DNA of 62,207 nucleotides, counting the filler, from Globobulimina sp. (taxonomy: Eukaryota): assembly GCA_003354225.1 (NCBI GenBank). It is 29 parts of 29 records of this genome, joined end to end, with 100 filler letters (N's around TTAATTAATTAA, not from the genome) between each part and the next. Parts side by side here need not be neighbours in the genome. Positions count along the whole stretch, not along the records: positions 10,749 to 12,797 come from PIVH01009429.1; positions 12,898 to 14,946 come from PIVH01009430.1; positions 15,047 to 17,095 come from PIVH01009431.1; positions 17,196 to 19,244 come from PIVH01009432.1; positions 19,345 to 21,393 come from PIVH01009433.1; positions 21,494 to 23,542 come from PIVH01009434.1; positions 23,643 to 25,691 come from PIVH01009435.1; 22 more parts are not named here. One strand, written 5' to 3'. The notes beneath the pieces were generated by a model. The model worked only from the letters and a program-made list of their open reading frames with translations, was not told the origin of the DNA and ran no database searches. Below are positions 12,163-25,791 of this stretch, in pieces; position 1 is the first letter of the stretch; every line of letters begins with the position of its first letter. Position numbers and translations under genes: made by a program.

Positions 12163-12797
12163 ATGAATGAATTACAATTGAACACAATTGAAAAGGCTCT
12201 ATTTAATGTAATTACTTCCAAATTAGAAGGTGATGCAGGTGCAATTGCTCCGGGCACTCAAATTATGACAATCGTACCAGAAATTGTATCCATATCAGAT
12301 AATAAAAATGGTTCCGTAAATTTGAAATGGAAATTAGCACAAAAACGTTTAGATAATAACAGTAAAAATAAATTAAAACTTGAATGGTCTGAAGATGAAA
12401 AAGCGTTGGAATTTGATTATGCGAATGATCAAATTATTGATACCAATCGAATTGATTTACAAACCGTTTATGAAAGCAAAAACATTGTAATTCAAAATCT
12501 TAACGCATATATATTTAGATTAATATGGAGACAGTTCAGTCCTGCAAAGGCAATGAAAATGGAGACTGATTTATGGGATTCGAACCACAAAGGACAACTT
12601 ATTCAAGTCAATGGCAATGTTATTCGCCATATTGCTACCAAAACATGGAATAGCATCTATGGTAAAATTGCCTGTAAAGCTCCATATACATATCATTGGA
12701 GATTTAAAATCAATTCATTTGCTATACATTTTATGTTTGGTGTTGCGAGGGCAAGCAATGAATATGGTTGTATCGGTACGTATTTGGGTACAAAAGA
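12163..12797 (+). CDS. FN3-like plus SPRY-like domain protein, partial
   Basis: SVNLKWKL..LKLEWS..YIFRL, then WNSIYG..YHWRFKI..FMFGV. Confidence 0.6.
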
Positions 12798-12897
12798 NNN
12801 NNNNNNNNNNNNNNNNNNNNNNNNNNNNNNNNNNNNNNNNNTTAATTAATTAANNNNNNNNNNNNNNNNNNNNNNNNNNNNNNNNNNNNNNNNNNNN

Positions 12898-13367
12898 CAG
12901 CACATTGTATTTGTTTAATATTTCCATATTTCCATTGAATTCGACATATTTTATATTGATTTCCTTCACTGCCAATTCCAAGTTGGAATGTATCATTTCG
13001 TCCAAATGCATAAATATTATTCTCATTTGTTACTATGAAGGCATGATATGAATAATAAAAAGGATTACAGAATATTTTCGATATTTTTAACTGATTCAAT
13101 CCATTCATAACTGATAATTTCTCCATTTTCTTTCCTTTACTTTTCTGCTGTAAACAACTGCCATATTTATTATGTCCAGCTGCATAAACCGTATCTTTAT
13201 CATCTCTGTAAATTGTAAATCCATCACCATTAAATATTTGAGTTACATTGATCTGATTGCTCCAATTTAATGCACTTAATTCTTGTATTTGGCGTGAATT
13301 ACCAACACCGAATTCACCATCGCCATTACTACCAACAGCATATACAATATTAGCTTTGGAAGCCATT
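12898..13367 (-). CDS. RCC1-repeat protein, 3' truncated
   Basis: VYAVGSNGDGEFGVG, VYAAGHNKYGS, IYAFGRNDTFQLGIG repeats. Confidence 0.85.
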
Positions 13368-13722
13368 GCGTTTGATGGACGATTGGAAGAGAAAAAGACA
13401 GACAAACAACGAGGATGCTTTTGAAAAAAACAGATTTTAAGCTTACTTCACTGTACAATAAATCAAATGAAACGAATGAATGATGCAATAACGATGAATA
13501 CACATTGTATGTTTATTTTATTAATATCAATTCACACGAAAATTCAATAAAAATATAGCAAAGCAAACAAAAAAATAACGATCAAACAACATTTTTATTA
13601 AAAAAAACAAAACACAAAAATATAAGATTCACAATCAATCATAAAAAAAATACATTGAAAATAACTAATTATTGTAACATATTAAAACAAGATAAAAGAG
13701 AGAAAAAAAAAAGTATAATAAT

Positions 13723-14946
13723 TCAAAGTTGCATGTTATAATTTTTTAATTGCTGAGCAGACGCAACATTTTGCTGTGAGTAAAATCCGTGTTTTGCTAA
13801 GATATCAAACATAGACACAACATCTGGATTGACATCGATAACAGCATCTAATTCTAAAATGCCATCTACATTTGTCATTGATTTGGTTGCCTTCAAATGT
13901 AAGCTATTTCTGGCCAAATCCATTTCTTTTCCATCAGATTGAGATCTTACCCGATTTCCAATTTTAGTTTGTGGAACGGTTTTGGGTGAAAATGAGATCA
14001 TTTTTTTGAATTTTTCCATTTTTTCCCTTGATCTCGGAGTAGTTATTTTTTTTACAAAATTACCAAACTTGGAGGCTTTAGTCGGAGATGCTTTTTTTGC
14101 ATCATGTTCCTGCAAATCCTCACCGTGCACATTATGCTCATTAACATCAACCGTTTGGTGACTAAAATATTTTGGTAACTGACTTTTTTTTACAAATTTA
14201 TTTTTAATTTCTAACATTTCCGCTTCATTGAATTCATCACGTTCTTCGATTATCTCATTTTTAGTTTTTTTATCATTTTCAGTCACAATTTCGATACCAG
14301 CCATGTCAGTGTCTTGCTCTTCATATAATGTATGTGGTCCCGGTGGTATATGCGATGGAAATGCAGCGTGTTTCTCCCATAAATGACTAAATAAGGCAGG
14401 CATTGGCGTGGTGGGTGGTACGTATATTGTGGTGTTTGACACATTAGAGACACTTTTGGTGCTTTGCGGGGTGGCAATACCTAATAATTTCATGGCTTTT
14501 GACTTTGAAATATTTTTTCTCGCTGTGCAACAAAAAAATGAGTTGAATCATTTTCAAAGTTTTAGCTCAAAATGTTTTGTTTAAGTAAAGTAAGACAATG
14601 GCGTACACACTGAACTATCGGGCACACTCTTACTGTCAGTTACTTTTCTTATGTTTATGGGCGATAATGGACATTCTTCACTATGTAGGTTGACAGGAAT
14701 ACTTTCTCCATTTGTTATCAGTATTTCGTCCTTATTTTCATCACTTTCTTTCCAATCAACTGGTTGTTTTTGCTGCTCTTTTTGCGATTGCACTGTTTGT
14801 GATCGGTTCTTATCTGTCGCATTTTGTGTTTGTTGGAGTGTGATCGCAGACCGTGGACTTTGCATAATATGTTTTTGTGTCTTATTATTTGAATTATTGA
14901 GTGGAGACAGTGGCGCGTTGCTGGTGGAGGCTCTCTTGCATATATT
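13723..14946 (-). CDS. Hypothetical, largely disordered protein, 5' partial; intron about 14606-14524
   Basis: Two ORFs join in frame through GTACGC..GCACAG. Confidence 0.55.
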
Positions 14947-15046
14947 NNNNNNNNNNNNNNNNNNNNNNNNNNNNNNNNNNNNNNNNNNNNTTAATTAATT
15001 AANNNNNNNNNNNNNNNNNNNNNNNNNNNNNNNNNNNNNNNNNNNN

Positions 15047-15885
15047 CACTATATATGATTATGTGATAAATGATGAAGAGACCAACCAAGGATCAGACAT
15101 TGGACAGTTGAACAGTGATTACGTTCCGTTTGTTTATTAGGCCGGTATACCAAGTTTTGAGACAGGATTTTGGGGCTACACTCCTACGTACCAGTTAAAT
15201 TTCGTTATATAGATCTGATATATAGTATCGATCGATTTTAATTTTGGATAACAGCTCGTTTTACGATACGAACGGCTGGATTGACATAATCGATCCAGAA
15301 TGGCAATATGCAGAAGCATTAGCACAATATGCTGGCCTCATCACGTTGAGATTAACACAAAATCATATTATTCCCTACAATGTACACGATTTATACAATA
15401 GGCTGGATAACTGGAGAAATGTTGCTCTTACAAACTTAGCAAACACTTTGAATTGTGATATAATCACAAATCCACTGCATTTACAATTGTTAAATAAGTC
15501 ATTGGATAGGTTTGAGACATCTATTGGTGTATTTTATTCAGATTTGAATGACTTTACAACACAATATCATGATAAGCTATATTCGACAAAAAAAGATAGC
15601 ACAAGAAATGAATTCAATTCAGAAATGTTGGAATCAATTCAAAAATTCAATGGAATATTAACTGGACTCAGGAATTGTTTTACATTGACAGTTCCTGGAG
15701 GATTGCCGATGGATTACTGGTTTAAAAATATGTTATGGAAGCCAGGTCCAACAGGCTCTCGCTTTCCATTCATCGGTGATAACATGAGACTGGGATGTTT
15801 AGAGCATAAAATGACAAATGCATTCAACGTAACTGCATCAATGTTTTACAAAGCAAGCGAATTGTTAGAAAGTTATCATGATTAA
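15047..15885 (+). CDS. M28 glutamate carboxypeptidase II/transferrin-receptor-like peptidase, C-terminal part; intron 15194-15254; in-frame TAG at 15138-15140
   Basis: SDYVPFVY*AGIPS, spliced YHSFYD..W...DP.W.Y..ALAQ..GL..LRL....IIPYN, and GLP...WFKN (TfR dimerisation domain). Confidence 0.8.
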
Positions 15886-16092
15886 ATTGAACGATGAGCT
15901 TTAATAAAAGTACATTTACAATTGATTTTTTGCAAACCCGATGCAAACTTTATATTGATAAATATGTATACAAAGGGAGGGGAGTTATCTAACCAGTGGG
16001 GGTCATATCCACTCAACAAACTCTAACTCATTCGGCCGCCTGTTGCTCATCGTGTAATCGTATAAGAGCTACAAATAACAAATCCCGATCAT

Positions 16093-17095
16093 ATGTCGTA
16101 TTTGTATCCTAAAAGAAGTGGAAATCGAGTTGATACGTTCATTGATCAACAAGAGTTCTTTAAACATTTTGAAAAAAGATGTGAAAACGCAGAAATTAAT
16201 ATTTTATGTGGTGTATCTTTTGTTGATTGGCATTTCCCACTTCCAAATGGGAAAAAATGGTGGGTGTTTTTAATCGACTTAAAAAAAAGCAAACCACAAT
16301 TAATAATTCGAGTGTTATTTTGGAGAAACACAGCAAAATATTGGTCATCGAGTCAATTAATTACTGGGAATGAAGAAGATGTAAATTTTATCAAAAAAAA
16401 TGACATTAATAAATATTTACAATTTAAATGGGACGAATCGCCAAATATTCCGCATTGTCATCATGGTAAATATTATATTATTGATAATAAATATTCATTA
16501 ATTGGTGGTATGACATTAAATGGACACAAATGGTTTGATTATATCCATGATACATTTATGGAAATCAATGGTCCATCAACCATTGATGTGAGAAATAATT
16601 TTAAATTACGATGGAATAATAATAATATATTTACAAGCTGTAAAGCTGTACAATTGCAGCTATTTAAAACCACACAGATGGAGCCAATGGAAGAGATGAA
16701 GGAAATGAAAGAAATGGAAGAGATGAAAGAATGCAAAGATGATCTTGTTGATTGCAAAGTAGTTTGGTCATGTTCACCAAAATTATATCCCCAATGCGAT
16801 GATGGCTCAGAAACAGTTTATAACGAATATCTGACACAATTTAAAAATGCAAAATCTTGGATTTATATTGAATCGCAACATATGGGCGAATATAAGTTAT
16901 TGAAATTAATGAAAGAGAAATTGGAATCCGATGATAATTTTTATATTCTGTACCTTGTTCCTATTTGGATGAAGAATGCGATTCGCAAAGAAAAGGAAAA
17001 ATCAATAAATTATTCGAGAAATGCACATTTATTTGAAGCCAAACCAAGATATTTTGATACATTTGAAATGTTATCTCGGTTGAATAAATATAAAA
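16093..17095 (+). CDS. Phospholipase D superfamily protein, 3' truncated
   Basis: HxKxxxxD motif HHGKYYIID..SLIGG, HD..MEINGP..DV..NF..RW, and NAKSWIYIESQ. Confidence 0.85.
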
Positions 17096-17244
17096 NNNNN
17101 NNNNNNNNNNNNNNNNNNNNNNNNNNNNNNNNNNNNNNNTTAATTAATTAANNNNNNNNNNNNNNNNNNNNNNNNNNNNNNNNNNNNNNNNNNNNCATTG
17201 CCGTAATCGATTCGCTACTTGCAAAATGTGATCCAATTCCTAAC

Positions 17245-18387
17245 ATGGACGATGTTGTTCGCATAAATTCAGCCCAATCCGTAGTTACCGATGTTGTTGT
17301 TGATGAGAAATCAAATATAATAATGCCTGCAAAAGTGTTCAGTTTGGATGAGATTTTATCAATATTTTCAGCATCACTTGTATATATTGAATTAATCAAT
17401 GAACTTAAGCAAGGATTTATTGATTATTCAAGTAAAGTGGTGTATGCCGCACCAGTTATTCATATTGGTTCAACGGATAACAATTCGCCAATACCACAGC
17501 TGAGTGGTGGAGGTGATGTCTGTTTAAAATCTGGTTATATTGTCAATGATAAATATTATGTGATTAAAATAGCAGGCGGAGGTTTTAAAAATGAAGAAAC
17601 AAAACAAGAGTATCCAAATTCCGGTGCAATGTTAGTATTTTCACAACTGAGTGGAGCATTAAATGGTATATTATTGGACAACGGAGTATTAACTGAATTA
17701 CGTACAGCCGCTGCGAGTGCATTAGCATCCAAATATTTTGCACCTAAAAAAATTACAAATATTGGTATTGTTGGAACTGGCGTTCAAGCGAGATATCAAT
17801 TGGATATGTTACAACATGTTATTCCATTTACAAATAATAATAACATCAATGTGTATGTTTATGGTCGTTGTCCGCAAAAATGCGTAAAATATCAACAAGA
17901 TATGTTTGAAAAAGGTATAAAATGTAAAATTGCGGCGGATATGTTTGATATTACAGCAAATTGTAATTTACTGATAATGTGTACATCCGCGCGAAGTCCG
18001 GTGTTAATGGAGAAACATTTAAATAGAAATTATAAAACTTATGGATTACATATAAATTGTATTGGTGCGGATAGCCATGGAAAGCAAGAATTGGATGAAA
18101 TAATTGTATCGAAATATACAGATTTGGTGTTGGTTGATAGCAAAGCACAGTGTTTCGATTTTGGTGAAGTTCAACATGTTGTTAAAAATAAAACAATTGC
18201 AATGGATATGAATAAAATTATGGAATTTGGTGTTGTGTTAAATGAGAATATTTTGGCAAAGTTGCAAAGACAAAATGAAAATGATAAAAGAGTGACTTTG
18301 TTTGATAGCACAGGCGTTGCTGTCCAGGATGTTGTGATTGCAAAGATGGTGTATCAAGCATTGACATCTAACAATAATAAACTATAA
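17245..18387 (+). CDS. Ornithine cyclodeaminase/mu-crystallin family protein
   Basis: YYVIKIA, LLDNGVLTELRTAAASALA, IGIVGTGVQARYQ, HINCIGADSHGKQELD, TLFDSTGVAVQD. Confidence 0.93.
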   Translation: MDDVVRINSAQSVVTDVVVDEKSNIIMPAKVFSLDEILSIFSASLVYIELINELKQGFIDYSSKVVYAAPVIHIGSTDNNSPIPQLSGGGDVCLKSGYIVNDKYYVIKIAGGGFKNEETKQEYPNSGAMLVFSQLSGALNGILLDNGVLTELRTAAASALASKYFAPKKITNIGIVGTGVQARYQLDMLQHVIPFTNNNNINVYVYGRCPQKCVKYQQDMFEKGIKCKIAADMFDITANCNLLIMCTSARSPVLMEKHLNRNYKTYGLHINCIGADSHGKQELDEIIVSKYTDLVLVDSKAQCFDFGEVQHVVKNKTIAMDMNKIMEFGVVLNENILAKLQRQNENDKRVTLFDSTGVAVQDVVIAKMVYQALTSNNNKL

Positions 18388-18524
18388 ATTTTATAAAATA
18401 TCTCCATCTATTTTATTATCCAAATGTAATGACATGGATATTTATACTGTGCATTTAGTAAACGGATTTACTCAAAAACTTTACCGCACGCAAGTCTCAG
18501 GGAATTGAATCGTTGTATCTCAAC

Positions 18525-19244
18525 ATGAGCGCATCAACCTTTATCTTAAACGAAATAGCAGACGATAAAAAAAGTCGGTCAAACTCAAACAGCAGCATAG
18601 AATGCAACGTCTCTCCAATGGTAATAATGTCAGTTTTGAACCATTTCCAACGCCGACCATCCAACAAACGTCTAAATAAAAACCAACAACGACCAAATCT
18701 TTACCCACCCTTTGTTTTGGGATTATTGTTTGGTCACAAAGATCCGGAAAATAATTCATTAATAATCAACGATGCATTTGGCTTAGAAATACAGATAAAT
18801 CCTCAAAACCAGGTATGCGATTTTGCGAACACACCCAATTTAAACAAACCCAAATAAAATTTATCAGCAAATCGCTTTAGAATTGTCAGTGGCAAAAGAA
18901 GCACTGAAATTGCATGCCATGGCGCATGCAAATGACAGATTGGTGGGATGGTATCGCACCGGATTACAAATTGAGGCCTCCAGCATCTTCATTCATGATC
19001 AGATTATCATCCGCGAGCTATCCGGTTTAAGCAACAAACAGTCTCGAAACGCAGGCCCCGCATTGGCTGATTCAGAATATGTTCATTTATTAATTGACAC
19101 AGCATTGAAAAATGATCAATTATCCATCAGAGCATACACAACCATCTCTATTACGGATCCATTCCAAGCGGAGGAATATGCCAATTATTTAAAAGAGAAA
19201 AAACGGAGAGCGAATGCATTACGAAACGCAAATAAATCGCCAAA
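18525..19244 (+). CDS. EIF3F: eIF3 subunit F (MPN domain); intron 18813-18867; 3' truncated
   Basis: VSPMVIMSVLNHFQRR..VLGLLFG..INDAF, LVGWY.TG..I..SS..IHD, VHLLIDT.L....LSIRAY. Confidence 0.8.
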
Positions 19245-19345
19245 NNNNNNNNNNNNNNNNNNNNNNNNNNNNNNNNNNNNNNNNNNNNTTAATTAATTAA
19301 NNNNNNNNNNNNNNNNNNNNNNNNNNNNNNNNNNNNNNNNNNNNA

Positions 19346-20287
19346 AATCAATACAATATTAGAGATAACGAGTTAACATTATATGGGGAATATAAATGTG
19401 AATTCACCAATAATTTATCAGTTTTAAATTCCACTGCCTACGATCAACAAAATAAAATATTATTTGCATCCAACTTAAAAAAATTGTTACAAATTGATTT
19501 AGGCTCAAAAACAATTGAATGCGTATTAAATCATCATCGTATTGGTCGTGGCACAGAAATAATGTATATTCATGATCGGATTCATTTATTTGTAGCAAGG
19601 AATGAACATTTTGTATTTAATCCGAAGACATTAATGTTAAACCACATTGGTACGATACCAAATTGTAATATTTATGAATGTATTGGGAATATGATATATT
19701 TACCATCCTGCAATAAAATAATATTATTCACGTGGTTCAGTATTTGGACTTTTTCATTTGTCACAGACAAATGGTCAAAATCAGCATTTGCAAAAACTAC
19801 AGCAATCTTAGAATTGATGTTATTGACCAATGCACATATTTCAGTGACTGCGGATGAGCTGCATTTGATTATTACCGGCGGTATGTACAAAGGGAGCAAG
19901 TTAAAATATAGCAAATCAATATTTATTTATGATATCGCACAGCAAACATTTAGAAAATCAATTGTTGAATGTCCATATTCTGGGCAATATCAAACAATAT
20001 TGGTGAAAGAGGAAAAAAGGTATTTGTTTGTATTTTGGTTTTAAAAAAACAATGATTCGATCTGTTTTACTGTACTATTTAGCGATACATTATTGGTGTT
20101 TGGATATGTTGGTTGGTGTTTTGCTAAACCTGATTTTCAAGATATGAGAAAAGCGCCATATTATTTAATCAAAATGATTCAGAAATACGTGAATAATGAT
20201 TGGATACATTTGTTGTCATTTGGGGAACATTGGAAATGCTGTGTTCAGTCCATTCTTGCCTATCGAATAATTGTCGATATTGCATAA
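19346..20287 (+). CDS. Kelch-like beta-propeller protein, 5' partial; intron about 20020-20082
   Basis: DRIHLF, LIITGG..IFIYDI..FRKS..ECP, and C-terminal LLVFGYV..PYYLIKMI..Y...IHL. Confidence 0.65.
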
Positions 20288-20731
20288 AAAATAAAACCTC
20301 CTTCAAATCAAAAACTTTATCTAAAGACATTCAGATATCAATATTTTCCGAACATGGCGACTCGTGCACCTATGGCTCCTATGGCATCAACACAAGTTAC
20401 ACGACAAAGTGTCGTTGAAAAACACAATCACAAACTAGTTAGAACCATTATATTACCTTTATATCATTATATAGAGTTTGTGCATTTAAGTGAATTGAAA
20501 GTAAAATCACTAATCGAATTAGTTTTTTGTAGTTTTTTTCGTCTACGGGCTTGAATGTCAGCATGACCCTTCTTACTCTACTTATTTTATTCTTGTTTGA
20601 CCAACTAAAAGAAGCTAAGAAACAAGCAATTAGATTTGCAGCTTATTCAGCATTACCATTGTGTAGCATAGAAAGATTAATTAAGCTACCTGGGACATTT
20701 CGGAATATATTAAGGATTGACCCACATGTAT

Positions 20732-21322
20732 TTATAACATATATTGCGGAGCCATTATTTGAAAATATAATCTTGCCAAGAGGTTATTTTTTGTAGTGTC
20801 GGCAATGTCATTTTGAACTGCGGCAATGTCATTATTTGAATTTGAATTTAATAAATTATACTCTGATGGCAATGTTATTGGTTTTAATGATGGCAATGTT
20901 ATTATAGACGGTAAAGTTGCATGCATTGGATATGTGGGATGAGGATATCGATGGATTGAATTGTATCGATGTAATGCATGTACTTCAGAAACAGGCAATG
21001 AATTTGTGTTTGTATTTGTATTTGCATTTGGATTTGTATGCATATTATATTGTGCTATTGGAGGAGGCATATTTATCGTTCCACCATGTCTTAAATACGG
21101 ATTTCTCATTCTCATTGGGTCTGGGAATTGATTTCCCCATTTTTCTTCACCGCACATTAAACATTTGCCATATTGTATATCATTGACAAATGTACATATA
21201 TTACACGACCATGCAGCTGCTTTCCTTTGCTTATTATTATTATAATTATTAGTATGCCATACGCGTTTATTATAAGCGTTTGGCTTATCCCGTGGGCCTT
21301 GCAAGTTTGGTGGAGTCGCCAT
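20732..21322 (-). CDS. RanBP2-type zinc finger protein
   Basis: WSCNICTFVN.....KCLMC; the 3' end is uncertain. Confidence 0.65.
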   Translation of the reverse strand: MATPPNLQGPRDKPNAYNKRVWHTNNYNNNKQRKAAAWSCNICTFVNDIQYGKCLMCGEEKWGNQFPDPMRMRNPYLRHGGTINMPPPIAQYNMHTNPNANTNTNTNSLPVSEVHALHRYNSIHRYPHPTYPMHATLPSIITLPSLKPITLPSEYNLLNSNSNNDIAAVQNDIADTTKNNLLARLYFQIMAPQYML

Positions 21323-21493
21323 TGTTAAGTTGACGAGTGAAAACTAATCGAATTAGTGATTTTACTTTCAATTCACTTAAATGCACAAACTCTNNNNNNN
21401 NNNNNNNNNNNNNNNNNNNNNNNNNNNNNNNNNNNNNTTAATTAATTAANNNNNNNNNNNNNNNNNNNNNNNNNNNNNNNNNNNNNNNNNNNN

Positions 21494-23085
21494 AAAAAAC
21501 ACACCTGCTTTGGCAATACTAATTGTTTGCTGTTCCATAACTTCATGAATTGCAGTACGATCCGATTCTTCCATTTTATCAAATTCATCAATGCAACAGA
21601 TACCTTTATCCGCCAATACCAAGGCACCACCTTCTAATCCCATATCCTGTGTGACAGGATCTCGCATCACCGACGCAGTTAAACCAACACCGCTGCTGCC
21701 TTTACCAGTGGTATACACACAACGTGGTGCCACATAACTTATATGTTTTAATAACTGCGATTTTGCGACACCGGGATCGCCCATTAACAATATATTTATA
21801 TCACCGCGTATTTTCATACCACCACTGGCCGCTAATACTTTAGTTACGCCACCAACCAATACCAATAATAGTGCTTTTTTAACGTCTTCCAAACCATATA
21901 TCTCCGGTGCGATACTCCGCGATAACTTATCATAAATATTGTCCTCATTCTCATTAATTTCACGTACCTGTCTCAATAATTCCTTACTCTGATCCTCAAT
22001 GTTATAACCCTTCTTTTCTTGATGTATATTTTGTGTATGCAAATATGTATTCGTTGTTAAACCTGCGCGCATTGCTTGAAAGCCAGAAACGTTTGGGATC
22101 GGCAACCAAATGCCATCCACAGTGATCTTATCACCGCATTGACATAATCGCGTACATTCACCCAAAGCATATATATTCACACTGCGAGGGACGTTGCCCT
22201 CTGGTACTTCTGACGGTAATTCTTGTAATCGAATCTCTTGAAAACGAACAAATTTACTGCCGCGCGTCTGTGCTAATACTGGTCGTTTGTTGCGGTTTTG
22301 TTGGCATTGTTGCGACGGACACTCGAGTACTTGGCGATATTCTTTTTTGTTTATAATTTGATAAATCTCATTGCCACAAACATCGCAAATGTAAGTGGCG
22401 ACTCTCATCATTGGACGTACTTCGGTGATCCGTGTGACAATGCCACGAACACGAATTAAGGCACCGATATTGGCTGCGGATACCTTACGTATTGCTAATA
22501 TATCGCTGGCAGTACGACAGATAAAACTAACTTCATATCTTCGCAATAATTCTTTGGGAATCGCACTTTTTTCGTCTTTTAATGCTGTTGTATCTGTTAA
22601 ATCATTTTGCATTCGTACTCTTTGTACAAAAACAAAAACAAAATCAAGATTTATATATCACACATCATAAATAAATGTTGTTTGTATATAATTATACCTC
22701 CAATCAGCAAGAACATCGATAGAATCTTCCTGGACGGCAGCGTCGAGATCGCGTAATGGCATAACATTGTCGATTGCATTGGAGAAGATAGCAATATATC
22801 GTAAGGTATTTGCTTCAATGTCATGTATTACTTGTTGTCCTTTGTCGTATTTTTTAAAATCATCCAAATTAATTGCAATTCGAACACGTTGGCGATTGGC
22901 GACTTCTTTTAACATATTCCAATATTTTTTCACGTTTCTTTTCATCTTGAAATTTTGCAAAAAAGATTCAATGATTTCTGTTGTGCATTATCGGAAATAT
23001 ACTGTTGAGTTTAAGCACGGAAAAATAAATACAAATCATATTGTTAACCTTGTTGTTCTTGGAAGTTTGGGCGCTTTGTTGCCAT
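21494..23085 (-). CDS. MCM7: DNA replication licensing factor MCM7; exons 23085-23049, 22977-22698, 22619-~21505; 3' truncated
   Basis: Zn finger CDVCG..CPSQQC, GDPGVAKSQLL, YTTGKGSSGVGLTA (MCM7-type), CCIDEFDKM, IHEVMEQQTISIAKAG. Introns are frame-consistent. Confidence 0.95.
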
Positions 23086-24177
23086 ATTTGCTCAATGACA
23101 CTAAATTCGAAAATGGTCAATGAATACAAATGATGCTTTATTGACGGCGCAATGGTTTGTGTGTGGTTCAGTGTGGAGTTCAAACTGTTGGAAAATTGTT
23201 ATCATACGAAAGTATGAATCTTGTGTGTCACGTGTCCTATTAAAGCATATGATGAAATACCATAGGACCCAGTCAACCTTTGATTATGTTGTTAACTTAA
23301 CTAACCATCAAAGTACAAACACTTTACAATGTCCGCGTTGCTGAACCGGCGAACCTAAATTAAATACGTACAAGTTGGTACAACTAAAACAAGAAAAAAG
23401 GAGCATGACATTTTTATACAGGTTTAATTGGAACAATTGGGATTCCAGTTTTCACGCAAATGATTGTAATCATACTAGATTGGTACTATTTGGAATGCAT
23501 AATATAAAATGTGGTATTTGGTAATTGTTTTAATAGAAAATANNNNNNNNNNNNNNNNNNNNNNNNNNNNNNNNNNNNNNNNNNNNTTAATTAATTAANN
23601 NNNNNNNNNNNNNNNNNNNNNNNNNNNNNNNNNNNNNNNNNNTTTTTTTCCAGATACCAAGTTTTAAAAAAAATGAAGTGTTAAGTACGTTGACCAGCGC
23701 CAAAACTTCACAACTGTGAAGCGAAAGAAAATGACTAATTTAATTCCCCAAAGCTTTTTTTGTATTAATTGTATAGGTTTAATTCTTCAAAATACAAGAA
23801 ATCATCACACACGAAGGTAGTTTTGAAACTAGACTGTATAATAAATTATAAAATATGTTTGTTAAATTACCTCAACTGAGCACAAACAAAAAAATAACAA
23901 TTTGTTCAATGAAATATAAATGAAAGCTTAATAATGAAAAAATAAATAAGAAAGCGAAAGTTCTATAGATTGTAAAAAGAAAAAAATAATAATTATTATT
24001 AAAAATAACCCAAACATAAATAAAAAGATACAAAAAATAAAAAAAAAAAAGGTAAATAGGAGAGTAAAATCACAAAAAATGAGGAAAACAGAAAGACATA
24101 GACAAAAATTATAAATTATATAATTTACAAAAAAATATTTAATACAATTAACTTCAATTCGAGACTCAAAATGCAAC

Positions 24178-25691
24178 TCAAGCACTAAATGCTTCTTCTT
24201 CATCGCCACTCGTTCTGTATTCGTCATCATCAATATCCTCATCTTCATCTTCATAGTCACTCACATCCGCTTCAGTCAATGCCTTCCTCTCTGACCTATG
24301 GCCGCCGATATACCCCAACAACACTTCCTTCTTATTTGTTTTTAATATATACCATAAGCAAAATATCACATTGAATAACACCACACATAACACGGCAAAA
24401 TAGGTCCACGACGAATAATAATTACGAACACCTTTACCCTCTCCTTCCCCATCATTACTTAATGTAGACACATCATCATTATTTATATTGATACCCGCAC
24501 TCCGCGCACTAAATTGTACATCTTTGGGAGCTCTGGGCACTGCCAAATAATAATTCCCATCATCATCTCCATCATCATCCCCACCATCATCCGCTAAACA
24601 AACGGGACACGACAACATCACACTGGTCATCGTACTCATCACATCCGTACTATTCGCCACAGTCACCATACCACCGCCAACCGTGGTACTCGCGCCGTCA
24701 TCCAAATCACCAGCGGTTGGATCCGCAGTGGGCCTCGGTGTCGGCTGAGGCGATGGAAATGGTGTAGGCTCTCCCGATGGTTCGCCCGTAGGCCATTTAC
24801 TTGGGCCCGGTGTGGGTTGTGGTGTTGGAACAGCAGTCGTAGGCCGTTCACTTGGCACTGTCGTAGGCCATTTGCTTGGCGCTCTGCTCGGTGCATCAGT
24901 CTCCACCGCCGCCTTTGTGGTGGTATGGGTCCACCACGTTCTCGTAGGCGCGTCCGATGGCGATAACGTAGGTGGTACAGTGGGATGGTGTGTGGGTTCA
25001 TAGGTAGGCGGCACATAGACAGTCGGTGGTCGCGTCATAGTCGGAGCTAAGGTCGCCGGTACCTCACATATCTGTGCCAAACATTTGCTGTACGCATTGT
25101 TATATTCATCTTCATTCATCTCACCAGAGTCATAGACCGCGGCATCCGCCACGCAAATAGTATTACTGAAACAGGACAGATATTCTTCCTTTTCATCGCT
25201 GACGATCACGTTGCTCGCTCTGCCATTGGGCGCAGGCACATTAATCACAACACCGCCGATACCGTCCGCGTCCATGATAGGTTTGATGCGGTCACAAATG
25301 GCGCTGTCATTGTGCGTATTGACGCAGTTATTGATGGTGATTATCTTTTGAATCGCGCCCGGATTGCCATGCGTATTGAACTCACTTAATGCCTCTTCCA
25401 ATCCCGCCAATAAATCACTCTCTCCGTCGCCACCCGACCCGCAATGGCCATGATTGCGAATAAAGTCATAAAAAGCACGCGTCCGGGCTTGCAATGGGTT
25501 ATCTAAACTGATCCGTACCTCTGCACCGTCGGCTCCATACTCTATATAAGTCACCTTGGGGTTGTCCTGTATATTATCCTCCTTTAATAAACTGTACAGC
25601 TCTGCAATTTCATCCCTCTGCAAATCACACTCATCGTCAGTTAGTCCGCACGAGTTATCCACCACAATGGCAAACTCGTAAAAATCCTGCA
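24178..25691 (-). CDS. Type I membrane protein: VWA-like domain, Pro/Thr mucin stalk, TM segment and acidic tail; 5' partial
   Basis: FAIVVDNSCGL, L.AGLEEALSEF..QKIITINN, PTxxPT repeats, TM WTYFAVLCVVLFNVIFCLWYIL. Confidence 0.75.
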
Positions 25692-25791
25692 NNNNNNNNN
25701 NNNNNNNNNNNNNNNNNNNNNNNNNNNNNNNNNNNTTAATTAATTAANNNNNNNNNNNNNNNNNNNNNNNNNNNNNNNNNNNNNNNNNNNN

